DNA from: an uncultured PS1 clade bacterium
Lineage (GTDB): Bacteria; Pseudomonadota; Alphaproteobacteria; MED-G09
Assembly (NCBI GenBank): GCA_902533755.1
Contig: CACANC010000001.1
Location: 3,668-67,667, forward strand
DNA length: 64,000 nucleotides
Direction of reading: 5' to 3'
How positions within the stretch are numbered: position 1 is the stretch's first letter; each line of letters begins with the position of its first letter. The notes beneath the pieces were generated by a model that was given only the letters and a program-made list of their open reading frames with translations, did not search any database and was not told the DNA's origin. A program made the position numbers and the translations under genes. Of the stretch, positions 23,728 to 36,693 are shown one piece after another.

Positions 23728-24909
23728 CTACTTCTTCATACTAAGTTCTCTCATAGCGTTGTCAATACCGTCAAGCGTAAGCGGGAACATTCTTCCAGAT
23801 AAAATTTGATTTATGATTTGTGTTGATGGGGTAAATTCCCAATGTTTTTCTTCAACGGGATTTAACCAAATCACATTAGAATAAATATCACTTATCCTTT
23901 CTAACCACAAACCACCTGGTTCTTCATTCCAATGCTCTACACTACCACCTGAATAAGTGATTTCATATGGACTCATTGACGCATCACCAACAAAGATGAT
24001 TTTATAATCTGATGAATATTTATGAAGAATATCCCATGTATTTAATCTTTCTGCATGCCTTCTTCTGTTATCCTTCCAAACATACTCATATAGACAATTA
24101 TGGAAGTAGAAGTTTTCCATATTTTTAAATTCAGTTCTTGCAGCAGAAAATAGTTCCTCACATAATTTAACATGAGGATCCATAGATCCGCCAATATCAA
24201 AAAATAAAAGAACTTTTACTTTATTTCTTCTTTCTGGAACTAGAGATATATCGAGATATCCTTTATCCGCTGTATTTTTTATTGTTCCAGGTAGATCTAA
24301 GGTATCTGCAGCACCTTCTCTTGCAAATTTCCGTAAACGTCTTAGTGCAAGTTTAATGTTTCTAATTCCTATTTCTATATCATCATCAAGATTTTTAAAT
24401 TCTCTTTTATCCCAAACTTTGACCGCCTTGAAATTTCTATTATTTTTTTGTCCTATTCTAACGCCCTCAGGATTGTACCCTTCAGCACCATATGGAGAAG
24501 TTCCCGCTGTACCAATCCATTTAGATCCACCTTCATGTCTTTTTTCTTGCTCTTCTAAACGTTTTTTTAATTCTTCCATAAGCTTTTCCCATCCGCCCAT
24601 GGATTCGATTTGTTTTTTTTCTTCTTCAGTAAGGTATTTTTCATTAAGAAGCTGCAGCCATTCTTCTGGAATTTCTGCAGTCTCTAATTCTTCAATGTTC
24701 TCTAATCCCTTAAATACATTACCAAAGACTCTGTCAAATTTATCTAAGTTCTTTTCATCCTTAACCAAAGTAGATCTTGATAAATAATAAAAGTCTTCAA
24801 CCTTTCTTTGGGGAATATCGGCACTTAAGGCTTCAATAAGAGTTAGGTATTCTCTTAATGTGACTGGAATATTGGCTTGTTTGAGTTCTTGAAAAAAATT
24901 AATAAACAT
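23728..24909 (-). CDS. VWA-domain protein (CoxE-like partner of MoxR ATPase)
   Basis: MIDAS-like DIGGSM, HEGGSKWIGTAGTSP, VGDASMSPYEI, WLNP. Confidence 0.9.
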   Translation of the reverse strand: MFINFFQELKQANIPVTLREYLTLIEALSADIPQRKVEDFYYLSRSTLVKDEKNLDKFDRVFGNVFKGLENIEELETAEIPEEWLQLLNEKYLTEEEKKQIESMGGWEKLMEELKKRLEEQEKRHEGGSKWIGTAGTSPYGAEGYNPEGVRIGQKNNRNFKAVKVWDKREFKNLDDDIEIGIRNIKLALRRLRKFAREGAADTLDLPGTIKNTADKGYLDISLVPERRNKVKVLLFFDIGGSMDPHVKLCEELFSAARTEFKNMENFYFHNCLYEYVWKDNRRRHAERLNTWDILHKYSSDYKIIFVGDASMSPYEITYSGGSVEHWNEEPGGLWLERISDIYSNVIWLNPVEEKHWEFTPSTQIINQILSGRMFPLTLDGIDNAMRELSMKK

Positions 24910-24911
24910 CT

Positions 24912-25763
24912 TTAATTTTGGTTATCTTCTCTTCTAGCTAAGAAAGCCAATCTCTCGAATAAGTGAACATCTTGTTCATTTTTAAGAAGTGCACCATGTA
25001 AAGGTGGAATTATATTATTAGAGTTCTTTTCTCTTAACATTTCAGGGGTTATATCTTCATTCATAAGCAACTTTAGCCAATCTAACAACTCAGATGTAGA
25101 TGGTTTTTTCTTAAGACCAGGTATTTCCCTTAACTCATAAAAAACTTTCAAAGATTCAGAGACCAATTTTGATTTGATATCTGGATAATGAACATCAACA
25201 ATCTTTTGCATTGTATCATTATCAGGAAAACTTATGTAGTGAAAGAAGCATCTTCTTAGGAAAGCATCTGGTAATTCTTTTTCATTATTAGAAGTGATTA
25301 TAACAACAGGTCTTTTTTCAGCTGCGATTGTTTCCCCTGTTTCGTAAACATAGAATTCCATTCTATCTAATTCTTGAAGTAAATCATTAGGAAACTCGAT
25401 ATCAGCTTTATCAATTTCATCAATTAAAAGGATAGGGCGTTTCTCAGACTCAAAGGCTTCCCATAGTTTTCCTTTTTTTATGTAATTCTTAACATCTTTA
25501 ACTTTTTCATCTCCAAGTTGTGAATCCCTTAGCCTTGTTATAGCATCATACTCATACAGACCTTGTTGAGCTTTTGTTGTCGACTTTATATGCCATGTTA
25601 AAATTGGCATATCTAGAGCTCTTGCTATTTCTTCAGCAAGAACAGTTTTACCTGTTCCGGGCTCACCTTTTACAAGTAAAGGTCTCTCAAGACTTATTGA
25701 AGCATTTACTGCAATTCTTAAATCCTCAGTAGCAATGTAATCTTTAGTTCCCTCAAATTTCAT
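24912..25763 (-). CDS. MoxR-family AAA+ ATPase
   Basis: GEPGTGKT, LLIDEIDKAD, TSNNEKELPDAFLRRC. Confidence 0.93.
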   Translation of the reverse strand: MKFEGTKDYIATEDLRIAVNASISLERPLLVKGEPGTGKTVLAEEIARALDMPILTWHIKSTTKAQQGLYEYDAITRLRDSQLGDEKVKDVKNYIKKGKLWEAFESEKRPILLIDEIDKADIEFPNDLLQELDRMEFYVYETGETIAAEKRPVVIITSNNEKELPDAFLRRCFFHYISFPDNDTMQKIVDVHYPDIKSKLVSESLKVFYELREIPGLKKKPSTSELLDWLKLLMNEDITPEMLREKNSNNIIPPLHGALLKNEQDVHLFERLAFLARREDNQN

Positions 25764-25904
25764 GATTCACCTATTTATAATTTTTAAAATATCACACAAC
25801 TTACTTACCAAAGTCATTAATTTCAACAAAGTTTATTTTTATTTATAAAACTATTGCGATTTTATTATTTATCATTTAAATACCGCGTTCAGATTGAGAA
25901 AAAA

Positions 25905-26321
25905 ATGGCTACTCGTTTACCAAAAAATTATTCACCTTCAGATAAAGAACCTTTTATGAATGCTAAACAAAAGGAGTTTTTTAGAAGGAAACTTAATGAT
26001 TGGCGTGATGAAATTATAAGTGAAACAAAAGAAACTTTGAATAATCTTCAATATGAATCTTCGAATTTTGCCGATCTTGCTGATAGAGCATCTTCTGAAA
26101 CTGACAGATCTCTTGAGTTAAGGTCTAGAGATAGGCAAAGAAAACTTATTGCAAAAATTGATGAAGCTTTGTCACGCATTGATGACGGTTCATATGGTTA
26201 CTGTGAAGAAACCGGAGAAGAAATAAGCTTAAAAAGATTAATTGCTAGACCTATTGCCACTTTATCTATAGATGCCCAAGAATCTCACGAGCGTAAAGAA
26301 AAAATATATAGAGATGATTAA
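25905..26321 (+). CDS. dksA: RNA polymerase-binding protein DksA (zinc-free type)
   Basis: DxxDxA tip (DLADRA), RDRQRKLIAKI, YGYCEETGEEI with a single Cys; start set at ATG 25905. Confidence 0.95.
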   Translation: MATRLPKNYSPSDKEPFMNAKQKEFFRRKLNDWRDEIISETKETLNNLQYESSNFADLADRASSETDRSLELRSRDRQRKLIAKIDEALSRIDDGSYGYCEETGEEISLKRLIARPIATLSIDAQESHERKEKIYRDD

Positions 26322-26426
26322 TATTTAATTATCGATTCGTTTATTTTCCTCAATAATTTTCATCCAACTTAGATCATAACAAGAACAATATTAAAAAAAG
26401 TTATTTTTTTCAGTAACTTATTTTTA

Positions 26427-26455
26427 TTGCAAAAAAGGAACAAAAGTAGTACAAA
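26427..26455 (+). promoter_or_regulatory. recA promoter with alphaproteobacterial LexA (SOS) box
   Basis: GAAC-AAAAGTA-GTAC (GAAC-N7-GTAC) at 26438-26452, overlapping TTGCAA-N17-TACAAA. Confidence 0.8.
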
Positions 26456-26490
26456 TAACTAGTTGACCAGTTAAGGAATGGAGTAGAAGA

Positions 26491-27591
26491 ATGAAGAAAT
26501 CATTGAAAGTTGTTGAAGACAAAAATATGGATAAATCAAAATCACTAGATGCAGCATTAAGTCAAATTGAAAAGCAATTTGGAAAGGGCTCAATTATGAA
26601 ATTAGGCTCTGATGGCGCTATTGCTGAAATTTCCTCAATACCAAGTGGTTCGCTCGGTTTAGATATTGGCTTAGGGATAGGAGGCTTTCCTAAAGGTAGG
26701 GTAATTGAAATTTATGGACCAGAAAGCTCTGGAAAAACAACCTTAGCACTCCATGCTTTGGCCGAAGCACAAAAGCAAGGTGGAGTTTGTGGATTTATTG
26801 ACGCAGAGCATGCGTTAGATCCTGTGTATGCAAGAAATTTAGGTGTTAATATTGAAGAACTATTAATCTCTCAGCCAGATCATGGAGAGCAGGCATTAGA
26901 GATAGCTGATACACTAGTGAGGTCGGCAGCTGTTGATGTCATTGTTATCGATTCAGTTGCGGCTTTGACACCAAAAGCAGAATTAGATGGAGATATGGGT
27001 GATAGTTTACCCGGTCTTCAAGCAAGATTAATGAGTCAAGCTTTAAGAAAGCTTACAGGATCAATATCAAAATCTAATTGTATGATAATTTTTATTAATC
27101 AAATTAGGATGAAGATTGGTGTTATGTTCGGGAGCCCTGAAACAACAACAGGCGGTAATGCATTGAAATTTTACTCATCAGTTAGAGTGGATATTAGAAG
27201 GATAGGTGCAATCAAAGAAAGAGAGCAGATAATAGGCAATCAAACAAGAGTTAAAATTGTTAAGAATAAAGTCGCACCACCTTTTAAAATAATTGAATTT
27301 GATATCATGTATGGAAAAGGAATTTCCAAAAAAGGTGAGATTATTGATTTAGGTGTTGAAGCAGGAATTGTTGAAAAATCTGGTACTTGGTATTCGTATG
27401 AAGGTGAGCGTATGGGGCAGGGTCGTGAAAATGCAAAAGTATTTCTTGAAGAAAACCCAGACATATCGAATCAAATTGAATTAGCAATACGTGAAAGTGC
27501 CGGACTTGTAAAAGATACAGAAAAAACATCTGATGTTTCTAATGTCTCTGAATCAGAGGAAAATGAAACAGAATCTGTAGCTTCAAAGTAA
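26491..27591 (+). CDS. recA: Recombinase RecA
   Basis: [45 protein letters not shown]. Confidence 0.99.
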   Translation: MKKSLKVVEDKNMDKSKSLDAALSQIEKQFGKGSIMKLGSDGAIAEISSIPSGSLGLDIGLGIGGFPKGRVIEIYGPESSGKTTLALHALAEAQKQGGVCGFIDAEHALDPVYARNLGVNIEELLISQPDHGEQALEIADTLVRSAAVDVIVIDSVAALTPKAELDGDMGDSLPGLQARLMSQALRKLTGSISKSNCMIIFINQIRMKIGVMFGSPETTTGGNALKFYSSVRVDIRRIGAIKEREQIIGNQTRVKIVKNKVAPPFKIIEFDIMYGKGISKKGEIIDLGVEAGIVEKSGTWYSYEGERMGQGRENAKVFLEENPDISNQIELAIRESAGLVKDTEKTSDVSNVSESEENETESVASK

Positions 27592-27641
27592 ATTTACATA
27601 ATCATTGTGCCAATTCCTGAATTTCTGTTATTTTGGCAGCA

Positions 27642-30209
27642 ATGAAAAGTACTGCTCACATAAGAAAAACATTTCTTAATTATTTTGAAAAAAATGATCA
27701 CAAAGTTGTTCATTCTAGCCCTCTAGTGCCAATCAATGATCCAACATTAATGTTTGTTAATGCAGGGATGGTGCCATTTAAGAATTATTTTGAAGGTAAA
27801 GAAGAACCTGATTTTTTCAAAGCTACAAGTTCTCAAAAATGTGTAAGAGCGGGCGGTAAGCATAATGATCTTGATAATGTAGGTCATACCACTAGACATT
27901 TAACTTTTTTTGAAATGTTAGGAAACTTTTCTTTTGGCGAATATTTTAAAGAAGAGGCAATAAAACTAGCCTGGGATTTATTAGTGAATGAGTTTGAAAT
28001 TCCATCTAATAGATTAATCCTAACTGTATTTAAAGAAGATACTGAGGCTGAAGAAATATGGAAAAAAGTCTCAGGATTTTCTGATAATAAAATTATTAAG
28101 ATTTCAACTGATGATAATTTTTGGTCAATGGGTGACGAAGGTCCTTGTGGGCCGTGTTCAGAAATCTTTTTTGACCATGGAGACTCTGTTGATGGTGGTC
28201 CCCCAGGTTCAAAAAAAGAAAATGGAGATAGATTTGTTGAAATATGGAATCTTGTTTTTATGCAGTATTTACAACTTTCAAATAAAAATAGAGAACCTCT
28301 ACCAAAGCCGTCAATTGATACTGGAATGGGCCTAGAGAGAATATCAACAGTTCTACAAGGTAAAACAAGTAATTTTGATACAGATCTATTCATTGCAATT
28401 ATAAATCACATTGAAGAAATAATTAAAGTTAATAAGACGGACGAAAATATTGCTAGTTTTAGAGTAATAGCGGATCATTTAAGATCTATAGCTTTTTTAA
28501 TTTCTGATGGAGTATTGCCTTCAAATGAAGGGAGAGGGTATGTTTTAAGAAGGATTATGCGAAGAGCTATGCGGCATTCATATTTGTTAAACATAAAGGA
28601 ACCTGTTCTCTATAATCTTATTCAGAAAATAGTCACACTAATGAGTGATGCTTATCCAGAATTATTACGAGCTGAAAAATTAATTGAGGTTACAGTATTT
28701 GAAGAGGAAGAAAGATTTATATCTACTTTATCTAAAGGGATAAAAATATTTAATGATGAATCAAAATTATTAAAGCCTGGAGATGTTTTTAGTGGATCAA
28801 CCGCATTTAAACTTTATGATACTTATGGTTTTCCGCTAGATCTAACTGAAGATTTAATCAGAGATAAAAATTTTAAACTTGATAAAGAAACCTTTGATTC
28901 AAAGATGAGAAAACAAAAAGAAGAAGCCAAAAAATCATGGCTTGGATCTGGAGAAAGTAAAACAGATGAAATATGGTTTGAAGTAGCGAACAAATGTGAA
29001 GCTACAGAATTTTTAGGTTATCAAAACAATAAATCAGCTGCTGAAATTTCTAAAATAATATACAAAAATAAAATATCTAATAAAATTAAGAATGGTGATG
29101 AGGCTATTTTAGTCTTTAATCAATCACCATTTTATGCAGAAAGTGGAGGACAAATGGGTGATGTCGGAGTTGCGAAGAATGATGGTTTTATTTTTAGAAT
29201 CTCTGACACACAAAAAAAAATAAATAATATTCATGCACATTATGGTGTAGTTGAAAAAGGATCTGTATCTGTAGGAGATACGGTTAATTTACAAATAGAA
29301 AATGATCATAGACGAATGATTATGTGTAATCACTCAGCCACCCATCTATTGCATGAAGCCCTTAGAAGAGTTTTGGGCGATCATGTAACGCAGAAGGGTT
29401 CTCAAGTATCGGCTGAAAAACTTCGATTTGATTTTAGTCATCAAAAATCTTTAGATTCCAATGAAATTACTAGGATTGAAGAAACTATAAATAATCTTAT
29501 AAAGGATGACTCAGAAGTAATGGTAGAAATTTTAACTTATGAAAAAGCTGTTGAGTCTGGGGCTTTAGCGTTATTTGGAGAAAAATATTCTAGTGAGGTT
29601 AGAGTGCTGACAATGGGACATGACTCATTTTCAAAAGAATTATGTGGTGGAACTCATGTAAAAAGTTTAGGTGAGATTGAAAATTTTAAAATAATATCTC
29701 AAAGTTCTGTTGCATCTGGCATTAGAAGAGTCGAAGCTGTAACAGGATTGATTGCTTTAAATTCTTTATCTTTAATTGATAAAATAAATGAAAAAGAGAG
29801 AGAACAAGAAGAAAAAAAACAAACTAAGACAAAAGAAAAAAGGATTTCAAAAGATATTCTTAATGGAAGGATTGAGGAATTTAATAAATCAAAATTTTTC
29901 TTTGATCAAATAAGTGGAGTAGATGCTAGAAACCTTAGACATCTAGTTGATGAATGCAAAAAAGACATAGGAACAGGCATTGTTTGTTTAATTTCAACTA
30001 ATGAAGGTAAATCGTCAATTGCCATTGGTGTTACTGATGATATTTTAGATGATTATGATGCAGTTGAACTAGTTAAAATTAGTTCTGAGATTATGGGCGG
30101 TAAAGGTGGCGGAGGTCGAAAAGATATGGCATTAGCCGGGGCTAAAGATACCTCAAAGTCTGATCTTGTATATGAACAATTAATAAAAAAACTTAAAGAA
30201 AATATTTAA
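27642..30209 (+). CDS. alaS: Alanine--tRNA ligase
   Basis: [47 protein letters not shown] 27642 is the likely start. Confidence 0.98.
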   Translation: MKSTAHIRKTFLNYFEKNDHKVVHSSPLVPINDPTLMFVNAGMVPFKNYFEGKEEPDFFKATSSQKCVRAGGKHNDLDNVGHTTRHLTFFEMLGNFSFGEYFKEEAIKLAWDLLVNEFEIPSNRLILTVFKEDTEAEEIWKKVSGFSDNKIIKISTDDNFWSMGDEGPCGPCSEIFFDHGDSVDGGPPGSKKENGDRFVEIWNLVFMQYLQLSNKNREPLPKPSIDTGMGLERISTVLQGKTSNFDTDLFIAIINHIEEIIKVNKTDENIASFRVIADHLRSIAFLISDGVLPSNEGRGYVLRRIMRRAMRHSYLLNIKEPVLYNLIQKIVTLMSDAYPELLRAEKLIEVTVFEEEERFISTLSKGIKIFNDESKLLKPGDVFSGSTAFKLYDTYGFPLDLTEDLIRDKNFKLDKETFDSKMRKQKEEAKKSWLGSGESKTDEIWFEVANKCEATEFLGYQNNKSAAEISKIIYKNKISNKIKNGDEAILVFNQSPFYAESGGQMGDVGVAKNDGFIFRISDTQKKINNIHAHYGVVEKGSVSVGDTVNLQIENDHRRMIMCNHSATHLLHEALRRVLGDHVTQKGSQVSAEKLRFDFSHQKSLDSNEITRIEETINNLIKDDSEVMVEILTYEKAVESGALALFGEKYSSEVRVLTMGHDSFSKELCGGTHVKSLGEIENFKIISQSSVASGIRRVEAVTGLIALNSLSLIDKINEKEREQEEKKQTKTKEKRISKDILNGRIEEFNKSKFFFDQISGVDARNLRHLVDECKKDIGTGIVCLISTNEGKSSIAIGVTDDILDDYDAVELVKISSEIMGGKGGGGRKDMALAGAKDTSKSDLVYEQLIKKLKENI

Positions 30210-31420
30210 GACATTTCAGATTGAAGGTTGGAGTCGATTTTATCAATAAAATCATGAGTATTTAACCATGATTGATTGGAGCCAACAAGTAAAGCCAGAT
30301 CTTTTGTCATAAATCCTTTTTCTACAGTTTTAATGCAAACTTTTTCAAGAAGATTAGAAAATGATTGTAATTCTTCACTGTCATCTAATTTCGCTCTATG
30401 AGCTAAACCCCTTGTCCAAGCAAAAATTGATGCAATTGAATTTGTAGAGGTTTCTTCACCTTTCTGATGTAAACGATAATGTCGAGTAACTGTTCCATGA
30501 GCAGCTTCGGCTTCTACAGTTTTACCATCTGGCGTCATAAGAGCGCTTGACATGAGGCCTAGTGAACCAAAGCCTTGCGCAACAGTATCAGACTGAACAT
30601 CACCATCATAATTTTTGCAAGCCCAAATAAACGCTCCAGACCATTTTAGAGCACATGCAACCATGTCATCAATAAGCCTATGTTCATATTCAATATTTAA
30701 TGCGTCCATTTTTTCTTTATATTCTTTTTCATATACTTCCTGAAAGAGATCTTTAAATCTACCATCATATTTCTTTAAAATTGTATTCTTTGTAGATAGA
30801 TAAACTGGCCATTTTCGATTTATGCCATAATTAAAGCAAGCTCTTGCAAAATCCTTAATAGATTTATCATGATTATACATTCCCATAGCAATACCACTTT
30901 CTTCAAAGTCATATACATCTTCTTCAATTTCTTGCGAACCATCTTCAGAGACCCATTTCATTGATAGTTTTCCTTTACCAGGAACTACAAAATCTGTAGC
31001 TCTATATTGATCACCAAAGGCATGTCTTCCAATTACAATTGGTTGTGTCCAACCTGGAACAAGTCTTGGAATATTAGAGCATATAATTGGCTCTCTAAAA
31101 ACTGTACCGCCAAGAATATTTCTTATAGTTCCGTTAGGAGATTTCCACATTTCTTTAAGATTGAATTCTTTTACTCTGTCTTCATCAGGAGTTATAGTAG
31201 CGCACTTTACTCCTACACCATGTTTTTGTATTGCTTCTGCAGCATCTATAGTAACTTGATCGTTTGTTTGATCTCGGTATTCAACACCTAAGTCATAATA
31301 ATGCAAATCGATATCTAAATATGGAAGAATAAGTTTCTTTTTAATAAGATCCCAAATAATTCTTGTCATCTCATCGCCGTCTAATTCAACAACCGGATTT
31401 TTTACTTTGATTTTAGTCAT
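30206..31420 (-). CDS. icd: NADP-dependent isocitrate dehydrogenase
   Basis: [35 protein letters not shown]. Confidence 0.98.
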   Translation of the reverse strand: MTKIKVKNPVVELDGDEMTRIIWDLIKKKLILPYLDIDLHYYDLGVEYRDQTNDQVTIDAAEAIQKHGVGVKCATITPDEDRVKEFNLKEMWKSPNGTIRNILGGTVFREPIICSNIPRLVPGWTQPIVIGRHAFGDQYRATDFVVPGKGKLSMKWVSEDGSQEIEEDVYDFEESGIAMGMYNHDKSIKDFARACFNYGINRKWPVYLSTKNTILKKYDGRFKDLFQEVYEKEYKEKMDALNIEYEHRLIDDMVACALKWSGAFIWACKNYDGDVQSDTVAQGFGSLGLMSSALMTPDGKTVEAEAAHGTVTRHYRLHQKGEETSTNSIASIFAWTRGLAHRAKLDDSEELQSFSNLLEKVCIKTVEKGFMTKDLALLVGSNQSWLNTHDFIDKIDSNLQSEMS

Positions 31421-31511
31421 TTAATACCAATTTTATTCTCTCATGTATTGAATATCATATAGCGCATATATTTCAACAATATGTTAGGTATATATAAGGA
31501 TAAATGAATAA

Positions 31512-32327
31512 ATGCAAAAAATTGATAAAAATAATATAAAAATTATCTTAGTAGAGCCTCAACTTTCAGAAAATATAGGAACAGCAGCCCGTGCAATGCT
31601 TAATTTTGGATTAGAATCTTTATATATTGTTTCTCCCAAACAAAATCACTTATCATTAAAAGCAATTAGAGCATCCGCTGGAGCAAACACTGTCCTAGAA
31701 AATGCAACAATATATAATAGTGTTGAAGATGCTATCTCAAATACCTCTTATGTGTTTGCTTGCACTGTTAGAAAAAGAGATATGGTTAAACCATATTGTG
31801 GTCCATTAGAATTAAACAATTTATTCAATACTTTAAAAAGAAAAACTAATATTGGTATTATGTTTGGAAGAGAAAAATCAGGCTTAACAAATGAACAGGT
31901 CTCTTATGCCGATATGATTTTACAAATACCAACTAATCCAAAATTTTCATCATTAAATTTAGCCCAAGCCGTAGCAATTATAGCTTCAGAAATAAATAGA
32001 ATTGATAATAAATATGATGAAAGGAATTATTTTAAAAGTAATTCAGTTGCAGCTAAAAAAGAAGAGATTATAGGATTTTTCAATCATCTAGAGCGCGCGC
32101 TTGATGTATCTGGGTTCTTAAGGTCTGAAGAAAAAAAGGAAACCATGATGATAAATATAAGAAATATTTTTACAAGATCTAAGCTTAATAAACAGGATGT
32201 TCAAACATTAAGAGGAATTATAACATCTCTTTTAAGATGGCCAACAGGTCATAAAGATAGAAATATTATAAGAGAAACCAACAAAATTGCTGACGGGAAC
32301 AATAAAAACAAACAACAAAGAAATTGA
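31512..32327 (+). CDS. TrmJ/LasT-family SPOUT RNA methyltransferase
   Basis: ENIGTAARAMLNFG, FGREKSGL, FSSLNLAQAV. Confidence 0.9.
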   Translation: MQKIDKNNIKIILVEPQLSENIGTAARAMLNFGLESLYIVSPKQNHLSLKAIRASAGANTVLENATIYNSVEDAISNTSYVFACTVRKRDMVKPYCGPLELNNLFNTLKRKTNIGIMFGREKSGLTNEQVSYADMILQIPTNPKFSSLNLAQAVAIIASEINRIDNKYDERNYFKSNSVAAKKEEIIGFFNHLERALDVSGFLRSEEKKETMMINIRNIFTRSKLNKQDVQTLRGIITSLLRWPTGHKDRNIIRETNKIADGNNKNKQQRN

Positions 32328-32383
32328 CTTATTTGATTAAGAAATGTACTAAGCTCTGAAGCTTTTAAACAAGGTAAATATTA

Positions 32384-33004
32384 ATGACAAAAAGATTAAG
32401 GGCAAAATATAAAATTGATCGTAGAATGGGCGAAAACATTTGGGGAAGACCAAAAAGTCCTGTAAATATTCGTTCTTATGGCCCTGGCCAACATGGTCAA
32501 TTAAGAAAATCAAAGTTATCTGATTTTGGATTACAAATTCGAGCTAAACAAAAATTAAAAGGATATTATGCCAATATGAATGAGAGGCAATTTAAGAATA
32601 TCTTTAAAGAAGCTGTGAGAATAAAAGGAGATACATCTGAAAATATTATTGGCCTTTTAGAAAGTAGGCTAGATGCATTTATCTATAGGGCTAAATTTGT
32701 TCCTACTGTTTTTTCCGCAAGACAGTTTATTAACCATGGTCACATTAAGGTTAATGGTAAAAGAGTAAATATTCCATCCTACAAATTAAAAACTGGCGAT
32801 TTGGTTGAAATAAAAGATAAATCAAAAAGTCTTGATTTAGTTTTAAATGGTCAAGAATCTGCAGAAAGAGATGTGCCAGACTATATTGAGTGTGATCAAA
32901 AAAAGTTAACTGCAAAATTGACCAGAGTTCCTAAACTTGAAGAAGTACCATACCCCGTGCAAATGGAACCAAATTTAGTTGTTGAGTTTTATTCAAGAAA
33001 CTAA
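32384..33004 (+). CDS. rpsD: 30S ribosomal protein S4
   Basis: [40 protein letters not shown]. Confidence 0.98.
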   Translation: MTKRLRAKYKIDRRMGENIWGRPKSPVNIRSYGPGQHGQLRKSKLSDFGLQIRAKQKLKGYYANMNERQFKNIFKEAVRIKGDTSENIIGLLESRLDAFIYRAKFVPTVFSARQFINHGHIKVNGKRVNIPSYKLKTGDLVEIKDKSKSLDLVLNGQESAERDVPDYIECDQKKLTAKLTRVPKLEEVPYPVQMEPNLVVEFYSRN

Positions 33005-33324
33005 TTATTAATTATATCTTTAAGTTCTTCTTGGAGCTCACCAGCTTCGAACATTTCTTTGATAATATCGCAGCCCCCAATAAGCTCACCTTTATAATAT
33101 AATTGAGGTATAGTAGGCCAATCGGAAAATTCCTTTATGCCCTCTCTAATGTCTTCATCCTCTAGAACATTGGTAGAAGAAAAGGGTGCTTCAAGGTATG
33201 TCAAGATTTGAACAACAGTACTTGAAAATCCACATTGAGGAAATAGAGGAGTGCCTTTCATAAATAGATGAAGATCATCATTGTTAATCTTATTTTCTAT
33301 AGTTTCTTTTACTTTATTATCCAT
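33001..33324 (-). CDS. grxD: Monothiol glutaredoxin
   Basis: [23 protein letters not shown]. Confidence 0.96.
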   Translation of the reverse strand: MDNKVKETIENKINNDDLHLFMKGTPLFPQCGFSSTVVQILTYLEAPFSSTNVLEDEDIREGIKEFSDWPTIPQLYYKGELIGGCDIIKEMFEAGELQEELKDIINN

Positions 33325-33326
33325 AT

Positions 33327-33560
33327 CTATTCTTCATTCATTGTTTTAATTGATAGAGCATGGAGTTCACCACCCATTTTTCCATCTAAAGCATCATATA
33401 CCATTTTATGCTGTTTAATCCTAGATAAACCGTTAAATTTGCTTGATTTAATCTCTAATGAAAAATGATCGTCATCTCCCGCTAAATCAACAATATTAAT
33501 TGAAGCTTCAGGAAAAGATTTTTTTATAATTTCTTCTAATTTTTCTTTTTTAATTGCCAT
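33327..33560 (-). CDS. BolA-family protein
   Basis: GDDDHF, SRIKQHKMVY, LHALSIKT; next to grxD. Confidence 0.93.
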   Translation of the reverse strand: MAIKKEKLEEIIKKSFPEASINIVDLAGDDDHFSLEIKSSKFNGLSRIKQHKMVYDALDGKMGGELHALSIKTMNEE

Positions 33561-35749
33561 TATGATGCTTTTGATAAGTAATTATTAAACCAACTTTCAT
33601 ATATTTCCTTCAATTCAAGAATATTAATCTTTTTATTATTTATGATAATTTTATTCTTACAAGTTTGACCAATTTCTTCAAAAAAAACATTTTTTTTATT
33701 TAAAAGCAATCTAACATCTTCAATTTTATGTTTTTCAACAGCAACTGCATATCTTGCTTGATCTTCGCCAAATAAGTATGAATTAAGATTATCTTTTTCA
33801 ATATTAATATTAAAACCTATGAGATTCTTCATACTCATTTCAGTAAGCGCAATTAGTAATCCGCCATCAGAAATATCATGCGATGTATCAATAAATCTTT
33901 TATTTATTAATTCTTTTAAAGCTAAACCATTTTTTAGCTCTTCTTCAAGATTTACCTTTGGTGGCAAACCATTTTTATAATTCAGTAGTTCATTTGCGTA
34001 TATTGATTGAGTTAAATGTCCGGTTGTTTTTCCTATAATTAAAATGAAATCATCTTTTCTTTTAAGGTTTTGATCAGAGAAAATATCTAGATTTTCAACA
34101 ACTCCAACCCCACCAATCACTGGGGTAGGATTAATTCCTTTTCCATTAGTTTCATTATAAAGAGACACATTACCCGATACTACTGGGAAATTTAAAGTGT
34201 TACAGGCCTCAATCATTCCCTTAATAACTCCTGCAAATTGACCCATAATCTCTTTTTTCTCAGGATTACCAAAATTCATACAATCAGTTATTGCAATTGG
34301 AAGTGATCCTACGGAAATTAAATTCCTCCATGCTTCAGCTACAGCTTGTTTACCGCCCTCATATGGATCCGATGCGCAATATCTTGGAGTTGAGTCTGAT
34401 GTTACAGATAAACCTTTATTGGTTCCATGAACTCTAATGATAGCTGAATCACCTCCTGGTAAAAGTACAGTATCTGTCATAACCATATGATCATATTGTT
34501 CCCAAACCCATTTTCGACTACATAAATTTGGTGAAGAAATCATTTTTTTTAATATTGAAATGGGGCTCTCATTTATAAGTATATCTTCTTTTATATCTTC
34601 ATCATCAAAGATATTTATTTCGTATGGTCTTTTGTAGGAAGGCGCACCTTTTTCTAAAATATCCAATATGATATCAGCTTTTGTTTCTTTTTGATGATTG
34701 ATGATCAGTCTATTTGTATCTGTTAATTTTCCAATTACAGAAAAGTCTAACTCCCATTTTTCAAAAATTTCTTTGGCAATATTTTCTTTATCAGGCTCTA
34801 AAATCATAAGCATTCTTTCCTGACTTTCTGATAGCATTATTTCATAAGCTGACATTTTTTCTTCTCTACAAGGAACCTTATCTAAATCAAGTTCTATACC
34901 TAAATTACCTTTACCAGCCATCTCAACAGCAGATGATGTTAATCCCGCTGCACCCATATCTTGAATAGCAACAATTACATCCATTTTCATAAGCTCCATA
35001 CATGCTTCTAAAAGAAGTTTTTCTGAAAAAGGATCGCCTACCTGAACTGTTGGTCTCTTTTCTTCAGAGTTTTCATCAAATTCTGCTGAAGCCATTGTTG
35101 CTCCATGAATCCCGTCTCTACCTGTTTTTGATCCAACATAAACAACTGAATTACCAATTCCCGATGCCTTTGAATAAAAGATCTTATTTTTTTTAGCTAT
35201 TCCAACGCACATAGCGTTAACAAGTATATTGTCATTGTACGATGAATTAAATTCAACTTCACCACCAACTGTTGGAATTCCCATACAATTTCCATATCCA
35301 CCAATGCCCGAAACAACACCTGTTAGTAAATGTTTAGTTTTTTCATGAGAGGTTTCACCAAATCTAATTGAGTTTAAAAGCGCAACTGGCCTAGCCCCCA
35401 TCGTAAACACATCTCTAAGTATTCCTCCTACACCAGTTGCTGCACCTTGGTAAGGTTCAATAAAAGAAGGGTGATTATGGCTTTCCATTTTAAAAACGGC
35501 CGCATAACCATCACCAATATCAATTACTCCAGCATTCTCACCTGGTCCTTGGATAACGAATTCGTTTTTTGTAGGTAGTTGGCTTAACCAGTATTTTGAT
35601 GATTTATAAGAGCAATGCTCAGACCACATCGCAGAAAAAATACCGAGTTCTGTAATTGTAGGTTCTCTTCTCAATGATTTTAAAATAAAATCATATTCTT
35701 CTGAATTAATACCGTGTTCTTCGACAATTTCTTTCGTAATTTTAATCAC
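33560..35749 (-). CDS. purL: Phosphoribosylformylglycinamidine synthase subunit PurL
   Basis: [35 protein letters not shown]. Confidence 0.98.
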   Translation of the reverse strand: MIKITKEIVEEHGINSEEYDFILKSLRREPTITELGIFSAMWSEHCSYKSSKYWLSQLPTKNEFVIQGPGENAGVIDIGDGYAAVFKMESHNHPSFIEPYQGAATGVGGILRDVFTMGARPVALLNSIRFGETSHEKTKHLLTGVVSGIGGYGNCMGIPTVGGEVEFNSSYNDNILVNAMCVGIAKKNKIFYSKASGIGNSVVYVGSKTGRDGIHGATMASAEFDENSEEKRPTVQVGDPFSEKLLLEACMELMKMDVIVAIQDMGAAGLTSSAVEMAGKGNLGIELDLDKVPCREEKMSAYEIMLSESQERMLMILEPDKENIAKEIFEKWELDFSVIGKLTDTNRLIINHQKETKADIILDILEKGAPSYKRPYEINIFDDEDIKEDILINESPISILKKMISSPNLCSRKWVWEQYDHMVMTDTVLLPGGDSAIIRVHGTNKGLSVTSDSTPRYCASDPYEGGKQAVAEAWRNLISVGSLPIAITDCMNFGNPEKKEIMGQFAGVIKGMIEACNTLNFPVVSGNVSLYNETNGKGINPTPVIGGVGVVENLDIFSDQNLKRKDDFILIIGKTTGHLTQSIYANELLNYKNGLPPKVNLEEELKNGLALKELINKRFIDTSHDISDGGLLIALTEMSMKNLIGFNINIEKDNLNSYLFGEDQARYAVAVEKHKIEDVRLLLNKKNVFFEEIGQTCKNKIIINNKKINILELKEIYESWFNNYLSKAS

Positions 35750-36435
35750 AATAAAAACTCCGATATAGATTTAAAAAGGTTTTCTCCATCTGTAAGTTTT
35801 GTAATTTCACATGTTGCTCTTTCAGGATGAGGCATCATACCTAAAACATTACCTTGCTCATTTGTTATACCAGCAATATTTTCAATTGAACCATTTGGAT
35901 TTGTTTCATTATTTACCTCTCCATTTTGATTACAATATTTAAAAGTTATTTGATTTGAGTCTTTAATTTTTTTTAATGTATCTTCATTAGCAAAAAAATT
36001 ACCTTCATTGTGAGCAATAGGTATATTGATTACTTCATTTTGCTTATATTTTTTAGAAAAATTTGTTTCATTATTCTCAACCTTTATTGAAACAGTCTTA
36101 CATAAAAAGGAAAGACAATCATTTTTAATGAGTGTTCCAGGTAGCAATCCCGATTCTGTAAGGATTTGAAAACCATTACATATTCCTAAAGTTGGTAATC
36201 CGTCTGTTGCTTTTTTAATGACATCATTCATAATTGGGCTATTTGCTGCGATAGAACCACATCTTAAATAATCTCCAAATGTAAATCCGCCTGGAATAAC
36301 TATTAAATCTGAATCTGGTATGGAGGTTTCTTTATGCCAGACCATTATTGGCTCTATATCTGTAAGTTTTTTAATAGATACAGCGATATCTCTATCGCAA
36401 TTTGATCCAGGAAAGACAATTATAGATGCCTTCAT
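35746..36435 (-). CDS. purQ: FGAM synthase glutaminase subunit PurQ
   Basis: [27 protein letters not shown]. Confidence 0.97.
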   Translation of the reverse strand: MKASIIVFPGSNCDRDIAVSIKKLTDIEPIMVWHKETSIPDSDLIVIPGGFTFGDYLRCGSIAANSPIMNDVIKKATDGLPTLGICNGFQILTESGLLPGTLIKNDCLSFLCKTVSIKVENNETNFSKKYKQNEVINIPIAHNEGNFFANEDTLKKIKDSNQITFKYCNQNGEVNNETNPNGSIENIAGITNEQGNVLGMMPHPERATCEITKLTDGENLFKSISEFLL

Positions 36436-36681
36436 TTATTTTTCTCTATCAAAAATAATTTCGTAATCTTCAATAATTAGATTAACTAATAATTTTTTAC
36501 ACATTTCATCGGCAATATTTATCGCTTGATCTTTATCTGCATCAATATCAATTTCGATAATTTTTCCTTGTCGAATTTCTGAGAACTTTTTGAAACCAAG
36601 TTGACTCAATGAATTTTCTATTGCTTTACCTTGAGGATCAAGAACTCCATTTTTAGGCATTATTTTTACATTTAATTTCAT
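36436..36681 (-). CDS. purS: FGAM synthase subunit PurS
   Basis: VLDPQGKAI, RQGK, KLLVNLIIEDY. Confidence 0.95.
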   Translation of the reverse strand: MKLNVKIMPKNGVLDPQGKAIENSLSQLGFKKFSEIRQGKIIEIDIDADKDQAINIADEMCKKLLVNLIIEDYEIIFDREK

Positions 36682-36693
36682 AGCGTTAATTTA

